From the NCBI GenBank assembly GCA_964473555.1, contig CAYYPL010000005.1:43977-107976 (forward strand): a stretch of DNA of 64,000 nucleotides. Reading direction: 5' to 3'. A program made the position numbers and the translations under genes. The notes beneath the pieces were generated by a model. The model made no database searches and had not been told where the DNA came from. It saw only the letters and a list, made by a program, of their open reading frames with translations. The stretch is from an uncultured Chitinophagales bacterium (GTDB taxonomy: Bacteria; Bacteroidota; Rhodothermia; Balneolales; HLUCCA01). Numbering within the stretch: position 1 is the stretch's first letter; each line of letters starts with the position of its first letter. Below are positions 41,607 through 49,924 of the stretch, one piece after another.

Positions 41607-42902
41607 TCACTTCACTGGCCGACCGTCTCTGACCCTGAACAGATACTTCAGCATCATCTTATAAGACTCGGTCAATTCAATTCCACGACGTGCCATCACT
41701 ACACGGGCCGTATCTACTGCTTTATCGTAGTCGAACACATCCGTACCCGTATCTGTAACCCAGGCATAGGATGGAATGTACTTTGGAGGGAAGTTATTTG
41801 TTAAGACCGAACTACTTACTCCACAAACCGTTCCGGAATTCAACATGGAGTTAATGGCTGTTTTGGAATGATCAGCCATGAAAAGTCCACAGAACTGTAG
41901 TCCGGAGTCTTTCAGTTCGCCGGTTTCCCAGTCGTACACTTTGACCGATGAATAGTTGTTTTTCAGGTTAGAGTTATTGGTATCCGCTCCAATGTTGACC
42001 CATTCACCGATGAGTGAATTCCCAATATACCCATCGTGAGCTTTGTTCGAAAAACTCTGGAAAATTGCGGTACTGACTTCGCCACCCAGCTTACAGTGCG
42101 GACCAGCAGTTGTTCCGGAATAGATTTTAGCCCCCATCCGTACGGTCGAATACTCGCATATCGCAACCGGGCCTTTGATCAGTGCCCCGGCCATGATGTG
42201 AGCACCTTCTCCAATAAAAATTGGACCCTCGCTAGCATCCAGCACGATACCTGGATCGAGTCGAGCTCCTGACCCCACATAGACATCATCTGCATTGACA
42301 TAAAAGAAATTCTTATTCGGCCAGTGGTTCAATGTACGTGATGGTCTGATCAGCCGGATGTCAGCTTCAATCTGGGATGCATTGTGATGAAATATGTCCC
42401 AAGGATGATCCAGCAACAGACCCCGTTCGGTGTTTTCGTAGGTAACCTCATCGAACCTGATGGTCTGCATTGGATAAGCCGCTCCGTCGTTCGCCAGATG
42501 TTCTTCAAACCCAAGAACCCGTTCCTGCATTTTCTCAAATTCCCGGATCGTCTGATCGCCACGCAGACGTACCACAACCGGAACATCACAGCACGACAAC
42601 CCCTGACCAGGTTTCAGTGCAGCGACATCTGCAGCAAGTTTCAGATGGGGAACAAAACGGGAGTTGATCCAGATGTAGTCTTCTCCAGGAAGCGGTTTAT
42701 CGGAATCGAACAGCCCGTTCAGCCAGGGCCGAAGTGTCCGCGTGGAATGATGAATATCCAGGATGTATTCCCATTTTTCGGCCAGTGTCAGGATGCCCAT
42801 ACGCATCTGGTCTAGCGGACGTGTTAATGCAAGCGGATAAAAACGGACCACTTTGGGATCCTCAAAGAAACATAAATGTACACCCATGTAATAATAACGC
42901 AA
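41607..42902 (-). CDS. Putative sugar nucleotidyltransferase with left-handed beta-helix C-terminus (GlmU-family protein)
   Basis: 431 aa. The N-terminus is FFEDPKVVRFYPLALTRPLDQMRMGILTLAEKWEY (NTP_transf_4-like). The C-terminal half has hexapeptide-repeat character (IGEGAHIMAGALIKGPVAICEYSTVRMGAKIYSGTTAGPHCKLGGEV). Confidence 0.7.
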   Translation of the reverse strand: MRYYYMGVHLCFFEDPKVVRFYPLALTRPLDQMRMGILTLAEKWEYILDIHHSTRTLRPWLNGLFDSDKPLPGEDYIWINSRFVPHLKLAADVAALKPGQGLSCCDVPVVVRLRGDQTIREFEKMQERVLGFEEHLANDGAAYPMQTIRFDEVTYENTERGLLLDHPWDIFHHNASQIEADIRLIRPSRTLNHWPNKNFFYVNADDVYVGSGARLDPGIVLDASEGPIFIGEGAHIMAGALIKGPVAICEYSTVRMGAKIYSGTTAGPHCKLGGEVSTAIFQSFSNKAHDGYIGNSLIGEWVNIGADTNNSNLKNNYSSVKVYDWETGELKDSGLQFCGLFMADHSKTAINSMLNSGTVCGVSSSVLTNNFPPKYIPSYAWVTDTGTDVFDYDKAVDTARVVMARRGIELTESYKMMLKYLFRVRDGRPVK

Positions 42903-43148
42903 TGATTAATCAGTAAACTCTCTCTGTGTCTCAAATGATAGCTTAATTTCAGCTTAGTATAATCAGTATAAATACGTAAAAATGTCTCATATCGTAGATT
43001 TTGTTGCTGTGTCATCCAAAAACACCTACTTTAAAACAACTTCTTTGTTGAGAAGTCCGGAATGGAGTGGTGAGAGACTCTCATTCCGCACGTTTTGATG
43101 ATGCAGGCAGCTGAAGCGTTATTTATGGATTAAAATTTACTTTAGACT

Positions 43149-44984
43149 ATGTGTGGAATAGTAGGATACATCGGGCAGCGTCCCGCGAGAGAGATTATTA
43201 TCAAAGGTCTGAAACGACTCGAATACCGCGGATATGATTCGGCCGGAATTGCTCAGATAAATGGTTCCCTGGACATCAAAAAGGCCAAGGGGAAAGTGAG
43301 TATACTCGAAAAACTGTTGGATATGGATCCGGTGGATTCCACTCTGGCCGTGGGACACACACGCTGGGCGACCCACGGTGAACCCAACGATGTAAATGCC
43401 CATCCCCATACCGGCGGAGATCGAAGATTTGCGCTGGTTCACAATGGGATCATCGAAAATTATGATGTGCTTCGAGCTGAACTCAGTAAAAAAGGACATG
43501 TGTTTACTGGAGAGACCGATACAGAGGTGCTGGCGCACCTTATCGAAGAAATCGATAAGGTCATAGAAGGGGACTTCGTAGATGCCGTCCAGCAGGCGCT
43601 TCAACAAGTCATTGGCACCTATGGGATTGTAATCGTGCATCGCGACTTCCCGGATCGACTTATTTGTGCCAGAAAAGGATCCCCTTTGCTTATTGGAGTC
43701 GGAGAGGGTGAGTATTTCGTTGCCTCCGATGCCTCACCAATCGTTGAATATACGCAGCAGGTTGTTTATCTGGATGATGATGAAATCGCTGTGATCCATC
43801 GAAGTGGCTATACCGTCATGACTACGCGAAATGTACCAATCCATAAGGATGTGCACGAAATCGCGTTGTCACTCGAGCAGATTGAAAAAGGTGGCTTTCC
43901 TCACTTTATGCTCAAGGAAATCTTTGAACAGCCACGCGCATTATCTGATTGTATGCGTGGCAGGCTTGTTCTGGATGAAAACAGGGTTGTTTTAGGTGGT
44001 TTGACCCCGGTGATGGATAAACTGCTGGCTGCCCGCAAAATTATCATTGCAGCTTGTGGAACCAGCTGGCATTCGGGTCTGGTAGGACAATACCTGATCG
44101 AATCCCTGGCTCGTATCCCCGTTGAGGTTGAATACGCTTCTGAGTTTCGATATGCAGACCCTTTGATCGATGACCAGGATGTGCTGATCGTGATTTCACA
44201 AAGCGGGGAAACGGCCGACACGCTTGCTGCGCTTCGGGAAGCCAAGTCCCGTGGTGCGACAGTTATAGGGATCTGTAACGTGGTGGGATCTACCATCGCC
44301 CGGGAAACCGATGCAGGCGTTTACAGCCATGCCGGACCAGAAATAGGAGTGGCATCTACCAAAGCATTTACAGCGCAGGTAACGGTACTCACTATGATCG
44401 CCATTCACCTGGCGCAATACCGTAAGACCATACCTGACGCCGAAATCGCCCGACTCATTCACGAGTTGCACCAGATACCGAAGAAAATTGCGGAGATTCT
44501 CAGGCAAGACGATACCATCAGAGAAATTGCAAAGATCTTTACCTACGCTCCCAATTTCTTGTATCTGGGAAGGAGTTTCAATTTTCCCGTTGCCCTGGAA
44601 GGTGCTCTCAAGCTAAAGGAAATCAGTTATATACATGCAGAAGGGTATCCCGCAGCTGAAATGAAGCACGGTCCAATTGCCCTGATAGACCAACATATGC
44701 CGGTTGTTGTTCTGGCTACCTCCGATCATACCAATGAAAAGATGATCAGTAATATCGAGGAAGTCAGGGCCAGAAAAGGGCGAATAATTTCAGTAACCAC
44801 CGAGAGCAACACCTCTGTAGCGGGATTAAGCGAGTATGTGATCACGATTCCTGATACCATCGACTGCCTGACTCCCTTGTTGACAGTCATCCCGTTGCAG
44901 CTATTGTCGTATCATATCGCCATCAATCGTAAATGTGACGTCGATCAACCCAGGAATCTGGCCAAAAGTGTAACCGTCGAATAA
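43149..44984 (+). CDS. glmS: Glutamine--fructose-6-phosphate aminotransferase (isomerizing)
   Basis: 611 aa. It has MCGIVGYIG (N-terminal catalytic Cys2), two SIS domains and the C-terminal ...DQPRNLAKSVTVE. Confidence 0.97.
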   Translation: MCGIVGYIGQRPAREIIIKGLKRLEYRGYDSAGIAQINGSLDIKKAKGKVSILEKLLDMDPVDSTLAVGHTRWATHGEPNDVNAHPHTGGDRRFALVHNGIIENYDVLRAELSKKGHVFTGETDTEVLAHLIEEIDKVIEGDFVDAVQQALQQVIGTYGIVIVHRDFPDRLICARKGSPLLIGVGEGEYFVASDASPIVEYTQQVVYLDDDEIAVIHRSGYTVMTTRNVPIHKDVHEIALSLEQIEKGGFPHFMLKEIFEQPRALSDCMRGRLVLDENRVVLGGLTPVMDKLLAARKIIIAACGTSWHSGLVGQYLIESLARIPVEVEYASEFRYADPLIDDQDVLIVISQSGETADTLAALREAKSRGATVIGICNVVGSTIARETDAGVYSHAGPEIGVASTKAFTAQVTVLTMIAIHLAQYRKTIPDAEIARLIHELHQIPKKIAEILRQDDTIREIAKIFTYAPNFLYLGRSFNFPVALEGALKLKEISYIHAEGYPAAEMKHGPIALIDQHMPVVVLATSDHTNEKMISNIEEVRARKGRIISVTTESNTSVAGLSEYVITIPDTIDCLTPLLTVIPLQLLSYHIAINRKCDVDQPRNLAKSVTVE

Positions 44985-45204
44985 GAAATATTGTGAATAT
45001 TAAAATATTCTAATAAATAAATCCAGCTTCAAAGTGTAGTCGGATTTTAGTAAAAACAACTTAGTGTATTGAGTAGCAATAAGTTAATCATTTGCTCCTA
45101 ACTAATTAAAAAATAGTAATAAAAGCGCTTCCATTGGAACTGCAGGTTATATTGGTGTGGTTAGTTAACCTAGCCTTGATAAACCATAACACAATTCTAG
45201 CAAT

Positions 45205-45915
45205 ATGATGTATTCACTTATTCTACTTGCGTCAACGATTCAGCCAGGTGACGTTGTCGGGTTTACTTTTTTCATCGGTACAATGGCCATGTTGGCAGCT
45301 ACCGTATTTTTCTTTCTGGAGAGAAATTCGGTGTCTGAAAAATGGAGATTATCGCTGACCGTTTCTGGATTGATCACAGGTATTGCCGCTGTGCATTACT
45401 ACTACATGCGTGATTACTACCTGACGATGGGTTCTAGTCCGACAGAACTTCGTTACATCGACTGGACACTTACAGTTCCGCTGATGTGTATTGAGTTCTA
45501 CTTACTTACCCGACCATACGGTGCTAAGGCTCAGACTCTTTTCGCATTGATCCTTGCGTCTGTAGGTATGTTGGTAACAGGTTACATCGGAGAAGCGATA
45601 CAGCCAGATCAGACGATTCTTTGGGGAACAGTATCTACTGCGTTCTATCTGTACATCGTTTATGAAGTATTCTTCGGTAGCGTTGCCAAACTTTCTGAAG
45701 GCTCAGACAATCCAGCGCTCAAGCATGCCATGTTCCTCATGAAGATTTTCATCACGCTGGGCTGGTCTATTTATCCAATCGGATACATGACGATGCCTGG
45801 AAACCTGCTTGATGGAATGGGTAACATCGATGTGTTCTACAACATCGCTGATGCGATCAACAAGATCGGATTCGGACTTGTTGTGTATTCTGTAGCGGTT
45901 TCTTCTTCTAAGTAA
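45205..45915 (+). CDS. Proteorhodopsin-family light-driven proton pump (DTE motif)
   Basis: 236 aa with 7 TM helices. Helix C is RYIDWTLTVPLMCIEF, giving D86/T90/E97, equivalent to D97/T101/E108 of green proteorhodopsin. Met94 sits at the spectral-tuning position (105). His64 corresponds to H75. Helix G is FYNIADAINKIGFGL, with counter-ion D216 and Schiff-base K220. Confidence 0.93.
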   Translation: MMYSLILLASTIQPGDVVGFTFFIGTMAMLAATVFFFLERNSVSEKWRLSLTVSGLITGIAAVHYYYMRDYYLTMGSSPTELRYIDWTLTVPLMCIEFYLLTRPYGAKAQTLFALILASVGMLVTGYIGEAIQPDQTILWGTVSTAFYLYIVYEVFFGSVAKLSEGSDNPALKHAMFLMKIFITLGWSIYPIGYMTMPGNLLDGMGNIDVFYNIADAINKIGFGLVVYSVAVSSSK

Positions 45916-45975
45916 TTAGTCCGAAGTACTACACTTTGATTTTAGGGGCGTCTCTGCAAAGAGAAGCCCCTTTTT

Positions 45976-46902
45976 TTATTTGCGGTAGGTGGTGTAAAGT
46001 TTCTGAACAACATACATGTGTGGCAATGTGAGCACACTGATAGCAGCAAATAGAAGCGACACCAGATACTTTTCCTGCCCAAAGGCATTCGTCATATTAT
46101 ACACCAGCAGAATTCCCAGATAGGATAACAGGGAGTAGATAAAGGATTCCCTGTAGAACCACCCGAAATTCAACCGGGTTGTTTCATCACTGAGATAGGA
46201 AAGCATGACTCGTACATGGTTGAAGGAATGCCAGAGTCCGAAGTAGATTGAAAATGCCCAGACAGGGTCGGCGAACATAAACAGGACTGAAACACTGACA
46301 GCATCCAGGAAAAAAACGATAACATGTTTCCATCCAAAAGAATGAAACGAAGCAATTCCTAGAAACACGATCGGATAAAAAGCCGCGATTCCCCAGGTGA
46401 TCCACTCTGGATTTATCCGCTGGATCGTAAAATCCAGGAGTGAAAATCCAGTAATAGACTCAATTACGGCAGACGAATAGGCCAAATCTCCGTAAGCGAT
46501 AAGTCCAACAACGGTAAACCCACGGGAAAAATGGATGAGATGCTTCTTCCAGCCCGACAACTCAAATCGTTCTGCATCCGCTTGTCCAAAATGATACCAG
46601 GTTATCACCATAAAAAAAGCGAACGAGAACAGCGGATACCAGACCCACATCAAGGAATACATGCCCACCAACCCAAGGTACCAGCTATAAAACCAAACTT
46701 TCTTGCGTAGATCACCCTGCCATTGATCCATCTTTTCCGAAATGATGTGATCTATCGCTCCGTGAGGCATGCCAACTAGGAGAATGACCAGGGCGAGTAG
46801 GTAATACCGGCTGTTATAGGTGAAATCCGGTGCAAACAAGCTGATTAAAACGACCAGTAGACCGACTGCGGATTGTAATAAAAGACGAGAGTAAAGTGCC
46901 AT
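45976..46902 (-). CDS. blh: Brp/Blh-family beta-carotene 15,15'-dioxygenase (retinal synthesis)
   Basis: 308 aa, polytopic. It has conserved His-containing motifs (LVGMPHGAIDH, WYHFGQAD, GLWHSFNH, LTLPHM). It is convergent with and adjacent to the rhodopsin gene. Confidence 0.85.
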   Translation of the reverse strand: MALYSRLLLQSAVGLLVVLISLFAPDFTYNSRYYLLALVILLVGMPHGAIDHIISEKMDQWQGDLRKKVWFYSWYLGLVGMYSLMWVWYPLFSFAFFMVITWYHFGQADAERFELSGWKKHLIHFSRGFTVVGLIAYGDLAYSSAVIESITGFSLLDFTIQRINPEWITWGIAAFYPIVFLGIASFHSFGWKHVIVFFLDAVSVSVLFMFADPVWAFSIYFGLWHSFNHVRVMLSYLSDETTRLNFGWFYRESFIYSLLSYLGILLVYNMTNAFGQEKYLVSLLFAAISVLTLPHMYVVQKLYTTYRK

Positions 46903-47027
46903 AGGTGCCTAAATTGTGGATGAGTAACTGCCACAATTACGGCATAATTCATCAAAAAAAAAACACATTAGTGATGGTCTGTTCTTTCGGTATCCCAATG
47001 ATACCGTTGCGGGTATATCGGGCCGCT

Positions 47028-47636
47028 TCAGACAAAGGATTCAGTGCGAATCACTCTCGCTGGATTCCCCACAACTACAGCTCCATCGGGAACATCTTCT
47101 ATCACTACGGCTCCAGCTCCCACCGTGCACCACTTCCCGAGTGTGATGCCTTGAATGACCACGGCTCCTGCACCGATATAGGCCCCTTCGCCAACAGTAA
47201 CGTTTCCACACAACGTAGCGTTGGGAGCCACGTGGACGAAATCGCCCAGGTGACACTCATGATCTACGCAGGCTCCCGTATTTACAATGACATGTTGTCC
47301 AGCTATTGAGCCTATATTCACAACAGCTCCGGGCATGACCACGGTTCCGGGTCCCAGATGGGCTTTCTTCGACACCACACTCTGTGGATGCGTGGCGGTC
47401 AGATAATCCACCACCCACGCCGCAGACACACGTTTCCTGTTTTTGTTTACCCCGATCCCAATAATCATCTGATCGCCCGGTTTTGGATCAAAATCGCGTG
47501 AATGCATCACCCAAATGCCATGTTGAGTAGCTTCCTGTGGATGATCATCCACATAGGCATCCAGCTGGATGTTGTTGCATTCCAGAATGTCGTGAATGAC
47601 CAGTCCGTGTCCCGAGGCTCCGAATACATAAATCAT
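47028..47636 (-). CDS. Sugar O-acyl/N-acetyltransferase, NeuD/PglD family (left-handed beta-helix)
   Basis: 202 aa. The N-terminal Rossmann-like MIYVFGASGHGLVIHDILE is followed by hexapeptide repeats (IGSIAGQHVIVNTGACVDHECHLGDFVHVAPNATLCGNVTVGEGAYIGAGAVV). Confidence 0.85.
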   Translation of the reverse strand: MIYVFGASGHGLVIHDILECNNIQLDAYVDDHPQEATQHGIWVMHSRDFDPKPGDQMIIGIGVNKNRKRVSAAWVVDYLTATHPQSVVSKKAHLGPGTVVMPGAVVNIGSIAGQHVIVNTGACVDHECHLGDFVHVAPNATLCGNVTVGEGAYIGAGAVVIQGITLGKWCTVGAGAVVIEDVPDGAVVVGNPARVIRTESFV

Positions 47637-47825
47637 AGCGAGAAGTTTTGGGTGCGATTTACCGGATTAGGTTGTTTCTGTGTGCCGGCTCCATCAAGAT
47701 AGTGAAGAGTTTACTATTTGAGAAAAATCAGGATGGTCCAGTTTGGGTCGATTCGCGGAAGTCCGAAATTCTTCTGCGACAATTTGTGTCAAAAGTATGC
47801 TTTTCTACTTGCCACTGTCCCGAAA

Positions 47826-47861
47826 TTTACACAGATTATATATGTACAAAATATGTGTAAA
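47826..47861. promoter_or_regulatory. Inverted repeat TTTACACA-N20-TGTGTAAA immediately upstream of the polymerase start (candidate operator)
   Basis: 47826..47833 is TTTACACA and 47854..47861 is TGTGTAAA, a perfect 8-bp inverted repeat. The AT-rich spacer contains the TGTACA palindrome. The repeat ends 5 nt before ATG 47866. The cognate regulator is unknown. Confidence 0.3.
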
Positions 47862-47865
47862 TACT

Positions 47866-49182
47866 ATGACTCTTGCCTATGATCTTAGCCGAAATGTACA
47901 TCGAATTACGTTGTACAACACCATTGCTGCTGACCAGCAGCACACCAGCGTGCGTCCGCGTTTGTACCTGCATCTGGACATGAACTGTTTTTATGCGCAG
48001 GTTGAGCAGGTTTCGTATGGACTTTTTGGCCTTCCGGTGATTGTGGGAGGATGGCGCAAGGAAGACGGTACGGCGCGGGGTATTGTGGCCACGTCCAGCT
48101 ATGAAGCCCGGAAACTGGGTATCAAAACCGCGATGAGTGCCTTCGAAGCCACCCAGATTTGTCCGTATATCGTGTTTATGCAGGTCCATTACGAGAAGTA
48201 TCAGGCCATATCGAAGGAAATCCGGGCTATACTCGACCGGTATTCTCCGGATGTGGAAAGTTACTCGATGGATGAGTTTTTTATGGACATCACCTTCATG
48301 CTGAAACGTCCCAGGGCCGAGATCGAAGCCATGGCCATGCGCCTGAAAAACGAGGTGTATGCGGGCACGGGACTCCTGTGCTCGGTTGGGGTGTCGTATT
48401 CGAAAACCTATGCCAAGTTGTGTTCAGATCTGCAGAAACCCAACGGCCTCACCTGTGTGTTCGACCAGGACATGGCCCGTGAGCGGTTGTATCCGTTACC
48501 GCTCAAAGAAGTATGGGGCATTGGAAGTCGGCGCTACGTAAAGTTGCAGTCCCGTGGGTTGCATACCATTGGTGACGCCATCCAACGGGGGCGTGGTGCG
48601 TTCAGGGAGTTGTTCGGAGACTATTTTGGCAAAATGCTGTTCGAGACAGTCACCGGACAAGATCGTGCCAAAGTTACGGACACCACGCTGCACACCCCCA
48701 GGGAAGTCAGTTATATGCACACGTTTTCGGACTGGAGTGATGATCCGCTGGCCATAGAAGGAGAGATTTCCAAGGCGGTGAGTCAGTTATGTTACCGCAT
48801 GCGTGGATACCGGCGCAAGGCGGTCAAGTATGCGGGATATATCCGGTTTCAGGACGTAGACTGGAAAGGGATTTCGTTCGTGTTCAACACCCCGGGCGAG
48901 ACCAACCTCGACGACTACGTGCTGGAAGCATGTCTGCAAACAGCCATGCCGTTGCTGCATAAGTTTTTGCGTGAGGGACACAAGATCCGGGGTATTGGTC
49001 TGCACACCATTGCTCTGACCGAAGGCAACCAGATGGATCTGTTCTTCCGTGAAGACGAGAAAATATCCGGCCTCTATCAGGCCATCGATCACTTAAACAA
49101 CCGCTTCGGGCTGGACACCGTTTTGCCCGCGGCCAAACAACACGACGTAAAAGGGAAAACGCACTTTCTTGAACGCAACTGA
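47866..49182 (+). CDS. dinB: Y-family DNA polymerase (DNA polymerase IV-like)
   Basis: The track ORF is 47743..49182, and ATG 47866 (MTLAYDL...) is more likely. Conserved motifs are LHLDMNCFYAQVEQ, VATSSYEARKLGIKTAM and SMDEFFMDIT (catalytic acidic residues). Little-finger region: VGVSYSKTYAKLCSDLQKPNG. Confidence 0.88.
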   Translation: MTLAYDLSRNVHRITLYNTIAADQQHTSVRPRLYLHLDMNCFYAQVEQVSYGLFGLPVIVGGWRKEDGTARGIVATSSYEARKLGIKTAMSAFEATQICPYIVFMQVHYEKYQAISKEIRAILDRYSPDVESYSMDEFFMDITFMLKRPRAEIEAMAMRLKNEVYAGTGLLCSVGVSYSKTYAKLCSDLQKPNGLTCVFDQDMARERLYPLPLKEVWGIGSRRYVKLQSRGLHTIGDAIQRGRGAFRELFGDYFGKMLFETVTGQDRAKVTDTTLHTPREVSYMHTFSDWSDDPLAIEGEISKAVSQLCYRMRGYRRKAVKYAGYIRFQDVDWKGISFVFNTPGETNLDDYVLEACLQTAMPLLHKFLREGHKIRGIGLHTIALTEGNQMDLFFREDEKISGLYQAIDHLNNRFGLDTVLPAAKQHDVKGKTHFLERN

Positions 49183-49224
49183 CCGACGCGACGCTTGCGT
49201 CTCGCATCAGTTGCGTTCAAGAAA
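49165..49224. other. Long perfect hairpin (18-bp stem plus inner stem) spanning the polymerase stop codon
   Basis: TTTCTTGAACGCAACTGA (49165..49182, including the TGA stop at 49180..49182) is the exact reverse complement of TCAGTTGCGTTCAAGAAA (49207..49224). The 24-nt loop CCGACGCGACGCTTGCGTCTCGCA can itself pair (GCGACGC / GCGTCTCGC). No T-run follows. Confidence 0.8.
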
Positions 49225-49345
49225 AGTAAACAGAAACCGGTAAACAGTAAACAGCCCATCGGGGTGGTGAGTGAATGTACCGCTCGCTGCTTGCCGCTCA
49301 CAGCTTACTGCATGGTCGTTTACTGTTTACTGTTTACTGTTTACG
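49225..49345. repeat. Modular element: GTAAACA arm / core with CTTGCCGC fragment / CTGTTTA arm
   Basis: 49225..49255 is AAGTAAACAGAAACCGGTAAACAGTAAACAG. 49280..49300 is CCGCTCGCTGCTTGCCGCTCAC. 49316..49345 is GTCGTTTACTGTTTACTGTTTACTGTTTACG. The two outer arms are complementary heptad arrays about 60 nt apart. Confidence 0.85.
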
Positions 49346-49363
49346 CTCGCGGAGCGAGCTCAT

Positions 49364-49624
49364 ATGCAACCAGAAAAAATTAATGTCATAGCCTCTTTTG
49401 CCGGATTCACCACGCCCAAGCAGAAGAACCGAATCGTGCCGCACCGGTTTCTGACCCGGAAAGGGGATACGCATGTCATTGCCACGGTGCGACGCACCTA
49501 CACCGAGCGGGTGGGAGACAGTCAGCACGTGCATTTCGTGGTCCAGACCCGCGAGGGACGCCTCTTCGACATCGTCTACGACAGTAAACAGATCTGCTGG
49601 TTGATGGTTTTGGAGTTGGAATGA
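49364..49624 (+). CDS. Small hypothetical protein downstream of the Y-family polymerase
   Basis: 86 aa from ATG 49364: MQPEKINVIASFAGFTTPKQKNRIVPHRFLTRKGDTHVIATVRRTYTERVGDSQHVHFVVQTREGRLFDIVYDSKQICWLMVLELE. The track ORF 49271..49624 begins inside the repeat. It is beta-rich and bracketed by repeat elements. It vaguely recalls small proteins or domains found next to Y-family polymerases, but this is an unverified recollection. Confidence 0.4.
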   Translation: MQPEKINVIASFAGFTTPKQKNRIVPHRFLTRKGDTHVIATVRRTYTERVGDSQHVHFVVQTREGRLFDIVYDSKQICWLMVLELE

Positions 49625-49627
49625 ACC

Positions 49628-49758
49628 GTGAGCGGCGAGCAGGTAGCAAACAAGCGGGCTAGCAGGTGAGCCGTAAATACTTGTGCACGGAGGTCAGAAA
49701 GAACAGAAAGTGCAGATGTGTAGGGGGCAGGGTACCGCTTGCCTGCTTGCCCGCTTGC
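49628..49758. repeat. Modular element: GCGRGCAAG-type arm / CACAG-like core / CTTGCCCGC arm
   Basis: 49628..49671 is GTGAGCGGCGAGCAGGTAGCAAACAAGCGGGCTAGCAGGTGAGC. The core is GTGCACGGAGGTCAGAAAGAACAGAAAGTGCAGATGTG. 49735..49758 is CCGCTTGCCTGCTTGCCCGCTTGC, the complementary type. The element starts 4 nt after the small-ORF stop and lies upstream of tRNA-Leu. Confidence 0.85.
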
Positions 49759-49832
49759 AAAGACATAGATAGGTATTAACGCAGATCAGATATTGCGAGC
49801 GTTGAGTATTTATCCGTATATTTTAGCTCTAC

Positions 49833-49916
49833 GCCGAAGTGGTGGAATTGGTAGACGCGCACGTTTCAGGGGCGTGTGAGGGCAACCTCCTGTGGGTTCG
49901 AGTCCCACCTTCGGCA
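49833..49916 (+). tRNA. tRNA-Leu (CAG)
   Basis: The sequence is GCCGAAG TG GTGGAATTGGTAGACGCG CACGT TTCAGGG GCGTG TGAGGGCAACCTCCTGT GTGGG TTCGAGT CCCAC CTTCGGC A. It is an 84-nt class II tRNA with a long variable arm (GAGG-GCAA-CCTC) and anticodon CAG. Confidence 0.93.
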
Positions 49917-49924
49917 CTTGAAAG

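Noticed and set aside
43020-43148. glmS ribozyme upstream of glmS
   Set aside because: I cannot find the conserved core of the glmS ribozyme in the 130-nt leader. That ribozyme is essentially restricted to Gram-positive lineages.
49364-49624. HVH in QHVHFVV as an HUH-nuclease (RAYT/IS200-like) motif linking the small ORF to repeat mobilisation
   Set aside because: The protein is only 86 aa and lacks the N-terminal beta-strand motif and the C-terminal catalytic-Tyr helix of IS200/RAYT enzymes. It shows no collinearity with them. A single H-x-H tripeptide is not evidence.
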